A DNA stretch of 64,000 bases from Octopus sinensis. Taxonomy: Eukaryota. The translations under genes were made by a program, and so were the position numbers. The stretch is from NCBI RefSeq assembly GCF_006345805.1, contig NC_043000.1, forward strand, positions 73,532,001-73,596,000. The letters are read 5' to 3'. The notes beneath the pieces were generated by a model. That model searched no databases. It was not told where the DNA came from and saw only the letters and a program-made list of their open reading frames with translations. Every line of letters begins with the position of its first letter. Position 1 is the stretch's first letter. This document shows, piece after piece, positions 1-12,531 of this stretch.

Positions 1-3000
1 TGAGACGATTTTCTTTGTGTAGCTTCTCTGAGTTGCTTCGAGTTCTGCTGTTTGTTTTATATTGTGTGGTGACCAAAGTTGGGAGCAGTAGTCCAAGCGG
101 CTGAGGACAAATGTTTTCCATAGGACCATCAGTGTCTCCTTCTCTCTTGTTCTGAAAGTTCGGAGAATCCATCCAGCTAGCCGTCTGCATTTTATTACCA
201 GATTAGCAATATGCATTTGGAAAGATGCATCATTGCTCATGTCAATGCCCAGGTCACGCACTGATTTTGACTCAGGGATTGCAATTCTTCCTGGGCCAGT
301 GTATCCAGTCTTCACGTCATTTACCTTTGTGTGCCAGTAGCGCAGGGCCTGGAACTTACCTGCATTAAACTGCATGTTTTTGTCCTCAGCCCACCTGTAT
401 ATTGTGTCCAGCTCATGTTGCAGATGCACAATATTTTCAGGGTTTTGTATTGCGTGGGAGACTTTTGTGTCATCTGCATAGCTAGCAAGGGTGGTCATCG
501 TAGCAACTGAAGGCATGTCTGAAAGGGCCACTATGAACATCAGTGGCCCCAAGACAGTGCCCTGTGGGACACCGCTTGTTATTTGCGTTTCCCTGGAGAT
601 GGCTCCATTGCTCACAACTGCCTGTTTCTGTCTTTTAGGAAGTTGTGCAGCCACTCTCCAAGTTTCCCGCCTATGCCGAGACCACGCAGTTTGTGACAGA
701 TCATACCATGGTCGACTTTATCAAAGCTTTTGCAAAGTCAAGATATATTACATCCACATTTGAGCCATTTAGTAGCTGTTTCAACACCCAGTCATAGTGT
801 TGCAGGAGCTGTGTTAGGCAGCCTCTACCTGGCCGAAATCCATGCTGGGTGTCAGACAGTAAGTCCATTTTCTTCAAGGAACATGATTAGGTTCTTACGG
901 ACTATTCGTTCCATGACTTTGCTGATGTGTGAGGTCAGAGAGATAGGCCTATAATTTTAGCATCTGCTCTGCTACCTCCCTTATGGATAGGGCATATTAC
1001 CCCCTCTTTCAGTTTGACTGGGAGCTTACCACTTGCAAGAAAGCTCTGAAAAAGAAGCTGTAGTAGCGATTTTGCAAGGGCTCGTTTGCATGATTTGAGA
1101 AGGATCGCTGGGAATCCATCAGGTCCAGCAGCTGAGTTTGTGTCAATCTCATCAATGGCTAGTGTGATATCATCTTCTTCGATGTTGATGTACTCAATTT
1201 GTGTCTCTTTGGCCGCTGGTAAAGTGGCAAAGAATTCTTCTGGGTTGTTGTTTACTTGCCTGTGTCCTAGAGGTGTAGTGAACACACTTGGAACTGTTCG
1301 TCAGTATTTCACTTATCCTCGTGGGATTTCCTGTGAGAGAGCCATCTTTTTGGAAGAGAGGTCCTATTCTCTGGTGCACTGTGGCTGTCTCTTTGGCAAA
1401 CTTAAAGAAAGCTTTAGGGTTTGATTTTATATTTTCTATTACCCAAGCTTCTTTATCTGCTCTTCCTTTTCATGGGACTGATGTAGACTTTTCTCAGTTT
1501 CCATTAGCATTCTTTCGAGCCGACACTTCTCACCACTTTTGGTGTGCTTGCTCAGGCGGTTTGCAATCCTTGTCCGTCGTCTCATAAGAATCCTCCTTCT
1601 CTAGGGATCCTGTTTTTGTTTTTGTGTGTGCTGGCCCTGCACATTGGGACATATTTGTCACATATGGCTTGTATTATGGACATGAAGTGTTTGTGTTTCA
1701 TGTTTATGTCCGGTGTGGAGAGACATTCAGGCCAATCCTGTTGAGGATCTCTTTCTCAATCGACTTCCAGTTGGCTTTATGAAAGTTTAAGTTGGAGAGA
1801 TGGTGGGTGCTTCGTATAGGCTGTGTGTCTGCGGGGGCTTTTGTTCCATACATAGACAGCTCTATTATGTTGTGATCCGAGATCATTGTCGGCATCACAT
1901 TAACATTATGGATAATATCCATATTGTTTGTGAAGCAGAGATCCAGTATATTATCTGCCCTTGTTGGTTGCAGAATATTTGCTCCATGAAAGAGGTATTT
2001 GTGAGATGGAGCAGGGACTCCACCTGTGCCTGCTGATGGTGTGTCATCCCTGGGAGCATCTGCCCCCCAGGCCATTCCACATTGGGGAGGTTAAAGTCAC
2101 CCATGAAGAATACACTGTTGTGCTGTTCAAGGTTGGTGAGGACTTCTCCTATGTTTGTTAGGCAGTCTTCAAACATGCCTGAGTGTTTTGGGGCGTCTGG
2201 TGGGCGATATGTAGTGCATATGACGATATTCAGTTGTCTTATGTGTACAATTTGAGTTTCACATACTGAGTTTGAATATGACAGCAGGACCTGGGGCGTG
2301 AGGTCATCTCGGATGTACATTGCAACTCCACCATGGCTCCTCCCTTTTCTATCTGTGCGTATGACTGCATATTGCGGCATGTGTATTTCTGCATCACCTA
2401 TATCGGGTTCAAGATGCGTTTCTGTGAGTGCCATGCATATAGCTTGATTGCATGTCACAAGGTCTCTCAGGAATGAAATTTTCTTTTTACAGTTTCCGCG
2501 CAGCAGCCCTCCTACATTCAGTAGAAATATTTTTGTGGTGTGTGTGTGTTGGTGTTGGTGTGTCTGTGGTGGCCATCCTGCATCTGTTGGAGGTGGCCTT
2601 ATGTGGTGGTGGTGTTCCAGCTTTGTGCTTGTAGCCAGGTCAGCTGCTGAACAATTTTTTGTGCCATGCACAAAAAAGACTGCTGTTCAGCTGCCGCCCT
2701 TCTCACATCTGGGTGAAGCTGGCCACCTGTTGGGTTTCCGCGCACCACATCTGCATACCGTCTTTCAGTAGTGGTCAGTGCGCTTTTTTCCCTTTTTTTA
2801 ACTTTTTGTTTTTGTTCTCCCTGAGGGAGGGAACTCTGTCTCGCGTCCGTGCGGTTTTGGTAGGGCCTCCGATGTGCAAAGCGACAGTTTGCACTTCAAC
2901 GCCGTACCAGCAGTCCCCCTCAGGTAGAATTTGCAGGTTGTTTCTTTCCCTGCCCTTACAGTTTTTGCTGGGGTCCCTCTGCTTTCTCTGGACAGGGTTC

Positions 3001-3182
3001 CTTTAGCCTTGATTCTGTCACCCTTTACCTCCTGCTTCCCATCAATTCCAGGGTGCCTTTCCTTTCTTGCGGCCATCGCACCTCTTTGGTCTTCAGTTGT
3101 GGTGTTGGAAGCTGGACATGTGTCATCGTTCCCTGTGTTCCAGGCTTCTCCATTTGGCTCTGGATGCTTTCCTCATCCTTTT

Positions 3183-3184
<2 letters not shown>
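1..3184 (-). mobile_element. Decayed CR1-like non-LTR retrotransposon (ORF1 remnant + APE endonuclease + RT), runs off the left edge
   Basis: APE motifs in ORF 1895-2671 (LLNVGG, ALTETHL, GGVAMY, YRPP, MGDFNLP). RT motifs AAGPDGFP (935-1285), LDFAKAFDKV, GVPQGTVLGP and YADD read on the minus strand. Multiple frameshifts. Confidence 0.85.
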
Positions 3185-3246
<62 letters not shown>

Positions 3247-3260
3247 CGGGAAGCTTTATG

Positions 3261-3300
<40 letters not shown>

Positions 3301-3480
3301 CATACATGCGTACACATACACACACACAGACACGCGCGCATCTATATATACACATAAGTACATACATGCATAAATGTATACATATGTCTATACATATGCA
3401 TACACATCCACACACACACGCGCCTCCTTATGTTCATAAAAACATACATGCATACACATATATACATACATGCATACTCA

Positions 3481-3530
<50 letters not shown>

Positions 3531-3707
3531 TATATACGTGCAGTTACCCATTATACAAACGGATACCTACATATAAACATACCCATATATACCTATTTAC
3601 ACATATGTATATATACATACATACATACACACATAACTCTACATACCTACATATACATAAATACACAAGCGTACATATATACATATATATATATCTATAT
3701 ATCTATC

Positions 3708-3739
<32 letters not shown>

Positions 3740-3744
3740 TATTA

Positions 3745-3790
<46 letters not shown>

Positions 3791-3938
3791 CCATATACAC
3801 ATACACACATACATATATACACACACATACACACACACATATATATATATATACATTTACACACACATTTTTACACATATATATATACACACATACACAT
3901 ACACACACACATATATATATATATATATACATATATAT

Positions 3939-3969
<31 letters not shown>

Positions 3970-4326
3970 CAGTTGCATATATACACATATATATATATAC
4001 ATATATATACATATATACACACAAGCACATACATGCATAAATGTATACATATGTTTATATAAATGCATACACATACACACACTCACGCTCCTCCTTATAT
4101 ACATAAATACATACATGCATACAAACGCATACTCATGTAATAAATAATAAATAATGAATAATAAATAATAGATATATACACATGCAGTTACCCTTTGTAC
4201 AGACGGAAACATACATATAAGCATACACGTATATACCTATCTACACATATGTATATATACATACATACATGCACATACACATAACTCTACATACTTACAT
4301 ATACATAAACACACGAGCGTACACAC

Positions 4327-4382
<56 letters not shown>

Positions 4383-4955
4383 TATACACACACATATATA
4401 CACATACATACACATACGTACACACACACATACACATACATACATACATATACATACATACATACACACACACATACACATACATACACATATATATACA
4501 TATATATATCTATATATACATTACACATATATATATATACACATACACATACACACATACATATACACATATATATATGTGTGTATATATACATACATAT
4601 ATACACATATATATACACACAAGCACATACATGCATAAATGTATACATATGTTTATACAAATGCATACACATACACACACTCACGCGCCTCCTCATATAC
4701 ATAAATACATACATGTATACAAACGCATACTCATGTAATAAATAATGAATAATAAATAATAGATATATATACACATGCAGTTACCCTTTGCACAGACGGA
4801 AACATACATATAGGCATACACGTATATACCCATCTACACATATGTATATATACATACAACACATACACACAACTCTACATATTTACATATACATAAACAC
4901 ACGAGCGTACACACACACACACACACACAACAATATATATATATATATAATATAT

Positions 4956-4999
<44 letters not shown>

Positions 5000-5230
5000 T
5001 ATACACACAAACATATATATATATATATAATATACACACATACATACACATACATACACACATATATACACATATATACATACACATACATACATACACA
5101 TACATACACATACACATACATACATATATATATACATATATAATATATATATAAACATAAAAATATAAAAGACCACACACATACACACATACACATGTAC
5201 ATACATATACACATACATATACACGCACTC
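3185..5230. repeat. Microsatellite-like complex tandem repeat, ~3 units of ~590-650 bp
   Basis: Unique anchors (cagttaccc at ~3541, ~4186, ~4778; acatgcataaatgtatacatatg blocks) recur among (TA)n/(CA)n/(AAT)n tracts. Confidence 0.8.
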
Positions 5231-5394
5231 ACATACATGCGTATATTCCTACTAACACCTATTCATTTCTATACATATATACAATACATATATACAGGTG
5301 TACATATACAATCTGTGAGTAGTCTCTTAGGAGGAAGTTAATCGGGGGTGCTGGGGGAACGGTGGGGTTGGGGGTTTTTGTGGGTGGGGTGTCG

Positions 5395-6320
5395 TCAATC
5401 GGGTTGCCGGGTGGGTCTATAGTTCTTGTAGTTTGCATAAATTTTATGCATGCAATTTGGGGAGTGTTCTGAGATCTTGTTGAGGAGATGGCCTTTGGCG
5501 AACAAGATCTCTAGGCTCTCGGAAATGCAAAGGTCACAGCAGGTATGGCCTCCTGTGTACGAACGCGCCTTCTGTAGTAGTCTCCACTTGGTCTTGAAGG
5601 AGATGGAGTTCCTTTTAAGGTACCAGATGTGGGAGGCGAGGGTAGTTTGGTTGGATTTATCAGGTCGCCGGAACGAGTGTGTGTGGGCGTACCAACGGGT
5701 CTTATAGCTGTTTGACGTCATTCCGATGTACGATTTTCTTTTATCATCGGGGCCTGATCGTACCTCGCATGTATATACGAGGTCCCTCTGTAGGCAGTTG
5801 TTGTTGTTGAGGGGGCAGGTGGTTTTATCAGGGAAGTTGCAATTGCTATCGGATGTTGGATGGGCCTCGGAAAGAGTAGATATTAAGTTTTTTCACGTTG
5901 TTGTTGGCTAGGTTCCTGGCTAGATTGGGCGTGGTAGAGTAGGAGAGTCTAATGGTGTTCTTATTTAGGATAGTATAGTACTTATGTTGGGTGGGGAAGT
6001 GTTTCTGTAGGAGAGTGAAGAAGATTTTAGCTACAGGTGTAGTAGCGACCTCACGGTTGAAGGGGGTTTGTACCAGCTAATGTGTCTTCGCCTATTTTTC
6101 CTGGGTTGGCGTGGGGCTATACTAGTATAGGTGATCTTATCTTTAAAGCCACTGCGGGCCAGGGCTCGTTGTATAGGGGCTGCGGCATTAAAGATATCTT
6201 CAGTAGCGGAGAGGCTAGATATTCTAATTGAGACACTTTTTACTAGGTTGTCTAATATATTTTTGGGGTGGTTGGAATTAATATCTATATATCTAAGGGA
6301 TTCATTTGGTTTGTGGTACG
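5395..6320 (-). mobile_element. 5'-truncated Penelope-like element (RT thumb, Cys linker, C-terminal GIY-YIG endonuclease), frameshifted
   Basis: Manual translation: [23 protein letters not shown]...WYKPP..KHFP...NKNTIRLSYSTTPNL...CNFPDKTTCPLNNNNCLQRDLVYTCEV...SYIGMTSNSYKTRWYAH...CDLC...CMHK. Confidence 0.85.
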
Positions 6321-6324
6321 GGTA

Positions 6325-6358
<34 letters not shown>

Positions 6359-6491
6359 ATATATATATATATATAATATAATATATATATATATATGTAT
6401 ATATATATATGTATGTATGTGTATGTGTATGTATGCATGTGTATGTATATATGTGTATATATGTGTGTATGTATGTGTATGTATGTCTGTG

Positions 6492-6544
<53 letters not shown>

Positions 6545-6894
6545 GTGTACGCTCGTGTGTTTACGTATATGTAAGTATGTAGAGTTATGTGTATGTGCAT
6601 GTATGTATGTATATATACATATGTGTAGATAGGTATATACGTGTATGCTTATATGTATGTTTCCGTCTGTACAAAGGGTAACTGCATGTGTATACATATC
6701 TATTATTTATTATTCATTATTTATTACATGAGTATGCGTTTGTATGCATGTATGTATTTATGTATATAAGGAGGAGCGTGAGTGTGTGTATGTGTATGCA
6801 TTTGTATAAACATATGTATACATTTATGCATGTATGTGCTTGTGTGTATATATGTATATATATGTATATATATATGTGTATATATGCACATGTG

Positions 6895-6929
<35 letters not shown>

Positions 6930-7081
6930 GTATATATATATATATATATATGTGTGTATGTGTATGTGTGTATATGTGTGTGTATGTTTATATATGTGTG
7001 TGTATGTGTATGTGTGTATATATATATATATGTGTAAAAATGTGTGTGTATATGTGTATGTGTGTGTGTATGTGTATATGG

Positions 7082-7126
<45 letters not shown>

Positions 7127-7161
7127 TATATAGTATATATATATATATATATATATATATG

Positions 7162-7211
<50 letters not shown>

Positions 7212-7360
7212 ATATATGTACGCTTGTGTGTTTATGTATTGTAGGTATGTAGAGTTATGTGTGTATGTATGTATGTATATATACATATGTGTAAATAGGT
7301 ATATATGGGTATGTTTATATGTAGGTATCCGTTTGTATAATGGGTAACTGCACGTATATA

Positions 7361-7399
<39 letters not shown>
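6325..7399. repeat. Inverted copy of ~3480-4420 (right arm of a large inverted repeat, part 1)
   Basis: gggtaactgca at ~6678 and ~7343; long reverse-complement identity with the 3510-3660 and 4020-4330 blocks. Confidence 0.85.
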
Positions 7400-7400
<1 letters not shown>

Positions 7401-9780
7401 TTTTGTTTTCTTCTTTCAAATTTTCTTCCATTTCTTGCCGAGTGTCTTCCCGACTCCTAGGGCAAAGAAAATCATAGTGTATATTGGTAGGCCATTAAAC
7501 CAAACTCAGTGAGGGCGCGTGGCTTAGTGGTTAGGGCATTCGGCTCATGATCGTAAGGTTGTGAGTTCGATTCCCGGCGACGCGTTGTGTCCTTGAGCAA
7601 GACACTTTATTTCACGTTGCTCCAGTCCACTCAGCTGGCAAAAATGAGTTGTACTTGTATTTCAAAGGGTCAGCCTTGTCACTCTCTGTGTCACGCTGAT
7701 TATCCCCGAGAACTACGTTAAGGGTACACGTGTCTGTGGAATGCTCAGCCATTTGCACGTTAATTTCACGAGCAAGCTGTTCCGTTGATCGTATCAGCTG
7801 GGACCCTCGTCGTCGTAACCGGCGGAGTCAAGAAAACCAAACTCAGTAGTTCGTTCATTTCTTTTATTTTTTATTTTTTTTTTTAAAGTTAAATTAAAAT
7901 ACATGAGCAGCAACAGTTCTCACATCGACAATGCTCTTCTCAATACGTGTGATGTACCAGTTAAGACAATCTTTTGCACTTCTTGCAGGGATGGTAAGCC
8001 AGGGATCATTCTCATATAATTTTCGGTTCCCTTCTTGATCATTCCTAGTGCTCCTACGATCACTGGTATTGTAACCGCCTTGAGATGCCACATTTTCTCA
8101 ATTTCAATGAGTAGGTCTTTATATTTTCTGAGCTTGTCAAACTCTTTCGCTGAGATATTATGATCACAGGGGATGCTCATGTCGATCAATAAGCAAACTT
8201 TATTGTTTTGGTCTTTCACAACAATATCTGGTTTATTGGCCTTGATGGTTCGGTCTGTATGTACTGGAAAGTCCCACAGAATGGTTACATTTTCTCCTTC
8301 AGTTACAGCCTCAGGGTGGTGATTATACCACTTGTCGGCAGTTTTGATATATTGTAATGCCGACTTATTAGCCAGTGTAGATATTGGCCAACTCTGTCAT
8401 GTATTAATTTATACTCCACTGGTGCTAAGACTTTACATCCAGAGATTAGTTGGTCCACTGTTTCAATCATGTCGTTGCAGAATCGGCATTTTGGGTCTGC
8501 TCCATTTTTCATCACATTGGCCTGGTAGTTCCGGGTTAATAGGCTTTGGTCTTGAGCAGCCAGGATGAAACCTTCGCTCTCTGCTTTTAGCTCTGAGCTC
8601 CGCAGCCACTGATGGGTTTGCTTCTGGTCAACATCAGCTTGTTTGCTGCGGGTCACATATTTGCCGTGCAGAGGTTTCTCCTCCCACCTATCAGCCAACT
8701 GCTCGTGCGCTTTTTTCATTGCCATCATTTTCACCTTCTTTGCAACAATAGTTGCCGTACTTCCCTCGGGTTGTTCAGTTTGGGTATCCTGCACGAGATC
8801 AATAGCAAATTTTTTGCTTTCCTTGATGATAGAATGAAGCTTCTTTCGTCTCTCGTGATTTTCCACGAGCTTTAGCATCCAGTCATTCGATATTTCGAGA
8901 TATTTGGCCAGTCCAATTGTGGTTGTTTTGTAAGATAGTTCAAATTGGATCAGGCCTCGACCTCCTTGGGCTCTGGGAAGGTAAAGGCGATCTACGTCTG
9001 CCTTTGGGTGGTGCATCCTATTACAACTCAGCAGCTTGCGTATTTTTCTATCTATATTCTTTACTTCACTCATATTCCAGTTCAACACATTGTAGCTATA
9101 AGTAACAACTGGAACTGCTAAGGAATTTATAGCTAACACCTTGTTACGTGCATTTAGTTCAGATTTCAGGACTGCACGAACTCTCCTATAACATTCCTTC
9201 CTGATTTTCTCTTTCATGCTTGCATGCTGAATACCAGAGCCTTCATTTATCCCTAAATATTTGTATGTCTGTTCTTGCTCAAGCTCTCTTATGACTGTGT
9301 CAACATCTAACACGACTGAATTTGTGGTCTTCACTTTCCCTTTCTGGAAAGTGGCCTTGGCACACTTCTCAAGTCCAAATTCCATCCCGATGTCATCGCT
9401 GAATGCTTTCACGGTGCGCAATAGGCCTTCAAGTTCATTATTGTCTTTACCATAAAGTTTTAAGTCATCATATAAAATAGATGGCTTATTTTTTTTATGG
9501 CAATTTTATACCCATACCCTGTTCTGTTTAATTCACTTGTAAGGGGTATTAGGGCTATGCAGAATATTAAAGGTGAAAGTGAGTCACCTTGAAAAATTCC
9601 ACAGTTGATGTTTATATTTTCTGAGGCAAGTACTCCATTAGAGTGGTATAATTGGAGATTCGTATTCCACAACGACATATTGTGCTTCAGGAAGTTTGAA
9701 ATCACAGGGGAAATTTTAAAGATGTCCAGCGATCTCAAGATCCATGGATGCGGTATACTGTCGAAGGCCTTTTTATAGTC
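7400..9780 (-). mobile_element. 5'-truncated R4/Dong-clade non-LTR retrotransposon (RT + CCHC + restriction-like endonuclease) inserted in (TAA)n
   Basis: DYKKAFDS, GIFQGDSLSPL, KYLG, GGRGL, CRFC..ETVDQLISGC and ANKPDIVVKD..LIDMSIP..KE.DKLRKY (PD-(D/E)xK). (TTA)n tracts on both sides. Confidence 0.85.
7511..7833 (+). mobile_element. tRNA-derived SINE with a CORE/Meta-like central domain and a 14-bp TSD
   Basis: A box tggcttagtgg (7520-7530), B box gttcgattcc (7565-7574), gtgtccttgagcaagacactt domain. TSD aaaccaaactcagt at 7497-7510 and 7834-7847. Confidence 0.9.
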
Positions 9781-10052
9781 ATTATTATTATTATTATTAT
9801 ATTATTATTATTATTATTATTATTTGAGTATGCATGTATGTATATATGTATATGCCTGTATGCATGTATGTTTTTATGAACATAAGGAGGCGCATGTGTG
9901 TGTGGATGTGTATGCATATGTATAGACATATGTATACATTTATGCATGTATGTACTTATGTGTATATATAGATGCGCGCGTGTCTGTGTGTGTATGTGTA
10001 CGCATGTATGTATGTATATATATATATATATATATTTTCATAAAGCTTCCCG

Positions 10053-10090
<38 letters not shown>
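9781..10090. repeat. Inverted copy of ~3185-3520 (right arm of the large inverted repeat, part 2)
   Basis: ttttcataaagcttcccgttatat is the reverse complement of atataacgggaagctttatgaaaa at ~3240; the flanking blocks also mirror. Confidence 0.85.
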
Positions 10091-10103
<13 letters not shown>

Positions 10104-11040
10104 GTGTGTATGTGTGTATGTGTATATATGTATGAATGTATATGTGTATGTATATGTATATGAATAATATGTATATGTGTATGTATATGTATGTATGTGT
10201 ATGTATGTGTATATGTATATGTGTATATATATTAATTAGTGTATATGTATGGACTAGTCTTCTGTGGGTGTGTTGAGGTATGTATGTGTATGCGTGTATG
10301 TGAATATACGTGAATGTATGTAGATGTAGGCGTGTATGAATATAACTCGTGCGTGTGTGTACGTGTGAGTGTGTGGGCGTGAGTGAGTGCTTGCGTTCGT
10401 ATCAGTAAGTAGATAGATAAACGGAATCTTTAGATATCCCTTGAGACAGGCTGACCGGTCAAGATAAAAATAAAGATATAAACAAAAGTAGTTAATAAAA
10501 TTAAAATAAGAGAATAAAAATGTGTGTGTATGTGTGTGCATGTATATGCATTTGTATATATATGTGCGAGTGGGTATACATATATGTATGTATATGTATG
10601 TATATGTGTATCTGTGTGTACGTACATGGGTATGTGTAGATATATGTAGGTATATGTATATATATATGTATATGTATGTGTACGTATGTATGTATATATA
10701 TATATATGTATGTATATGTGGGTATGTATGTATATGTATAGATATATGTGAATATGCGGGTATGTGTATGTGTATATGTGTATATATATATATGTAGATG
10801 TACAAGTGAGAGTCTCCCCACTTACCTAAAACTCTATTTTTCTATTTATATTTTTTATTTTTTTATTTTTTTATTTTTTAATATTTTTATTTTATTCTTT
10901 TATCTACTTTACCACCGATTCCTTTGACCACTCCCCTAATAATGACAGTTTTGCGCCATGCCTACCCCCAAAAAAGTCCCCCACCACCACCCATTTAAAC
11001 CTGCCTAAATGTATAAATGCCAAAACAACTCTTGTCTACT

Positions 11041-11091
11041 AGCTTCCTGATGATTTCTTTTGAATGAAACAGTTCTAGTCCTGTAGAAGCT
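11041..11091 (+). ncRNA. Degenerate type I hammerhead ribozyme-like motif
   Basis: agcttc-CTGATGA-tttcttttgaat-GAAA-c agttcta g-TC-ctgta-gaagct. Core intact, stems I and II imperfect. Confidence 0.4.
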
Positions 11092-11112
11092 CCTTCTATA
11101 AAATAAATATAA

Positions 11113-11155
<43 letters not shown>

Positions 11156-11236
11156 CATACATACATATATACATATACATATTTATGCATATATATACAT
11201 ACATACATATACACATATATATATATATACATACAT

Positions 11237-11299
<63 letters not shown>

Positions 11300-11622
11300 C
11301 ATACATATATATATATATATAATATATATATATATATATAATTAATTAATAAGGGGAGAGAATTAGATACTAATTTAATAGTATATCTATTCAACACCAA
11401 GTGGCCCAGTGCCTCGAGAAATCTGGATTATTATAATATTTTATAATATATTATAATATTTTATACAAAAATAAATATAAGAGAATGGTCACTATGTGGC
11501 TCATTCTAGCACTAGAAAATCCAAAAGGTTTCAACCACAAAAATACATGTTTCCCATGAAAGTCAGTACGATTGTTAGCTCACACGAACAGGGAAAATAA
11601 AAAATAACAAAAATACAGATTA

Positions 11623-11703
11623 TTTTGGGACAATTGTTTCGCTATTAATGAATTAAATGTAATTTTGCTTACAAAAAACCCACTTGTAGCTCCTCAGCCA
11701 AAA
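11623..11703 (-). ncRNA. Type I hammerhead ribozyme
   Basis: TTTTGG-CTGAGGA-GCTA..long loop..TAGC-GAAA-CAATTG-TC-CCAAAA. All three stems pair. Confidence 0.88.
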
Positions 11704-12157
11704 CTATCTGGATGAAATCCACTCAATCACACGCCAGATTTTACCATAACGAAAAATACACGTGTGGTTCAATTGATTACATCCGACGTTATAATTCAAA
11801 TGCCCCTACCAACAGCGCGCCAAACTTTCACGGAAACAAATACTACATTTAGAAATAAATGTAGCATAATTATAATTAATTAATAAGGGTGAGAGAATTA
11901 GATACTAATTTAATAGTATATCTATTCAACACCAAGTGGCCCAGTGCCTCGAGAAACCTGGATTATTATAATATTTTATAATATATTATAATATTTTATA
12001 CAAAAATTAATATAAGAGAATGGTCACTATGTGGCTCATTCTAGCACTAGAAAATCCAAAAGGTTTCAACCACAAAAATACATGTTTCCCATGAAAGTCA
12101 GTACGATTGTTAGCTCACACGAACAGGGCAAATAAAAAATAACAAAAATACAGATTA

Positions 12158-12236
12158 TTTTGGGACAATTGTTTCGCTATTAATGAATTAAATGTAATTT
12201 TACTTACAAAAAACCCACTTGTAGCTCCTCAGCCAA
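12158..12236 (-). ncRNA. Type I hammerhead ribozyme (second copy, stem I shortened to 4 bp)
   Basis: Same core as 11623-11703; the 5' strand of stem I is cut by the microsatellite. Confidence 0.8.
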
Positions 12237-12239
12237 TAC

Positions 12240-12274
<35 letters not shown>

Positions 12275-12486
12275 ATGATAAATATCAAAGTGAGTTATAT
12301 ACAGTAGCGGTAACACATCGTGACGTATTTTTGCCATTTCAATATGGCTAACCCCTAAGGGTGGATGCTACTGTAGTTTTTAGCCCCAGGAGGACACACT
12401 CCTCCAGCTGGCCATAGACACACTTTCTGTGTCCTGTCAGTATTTGCAAAGGGAAGTCATCCTTCCCGTCTTCAACTTATGATACA

Positions 12487-12531
12487 CACACGGACTCGAG
12501 TTTCGAGGTATTGACCTCTCGTCAGCGTGTG
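12487..12531 (-). ncRNA. Type I hammerhead ribozyme (canonical, minimal)
   Basis: CACACG-CTGACGA-GAGGT caat ACCTC-GAAA-CTCGAG-TC-CGTGTG. Confidence 0.93.

Larger units (their letters stand above)
11341..12236 (-). mobile_element. ~535-bp tandem unit (1.7 copies) carrying hammerheads; PLE pseudo-LTR or retrozyme-like
   Basis: Near-identical direct repeat (11341-~11703 vs ~11876-12236) between (TA)n tracts, one hammerhead per unit. Confidence 0.75.

Noticed and set aside
7511-7590. tRNA gene
   Set aside because: It has A and B boxes but no complete cloverleaf, and continues into a SINE body with a TSD.
10405-10460. Hairpin ggaatctttagatatcc as a possible hammerhead stem II
   Set aside because: No CUGANGA or GAAA core in the right positions on either strand.
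3053-11400. Many long Y/I/H/T/C/V-rich ORFs in the ORF track
   Set aside because: They are translations of (TA)n, (CA)n and (TG)n microsatellites, not proteins.
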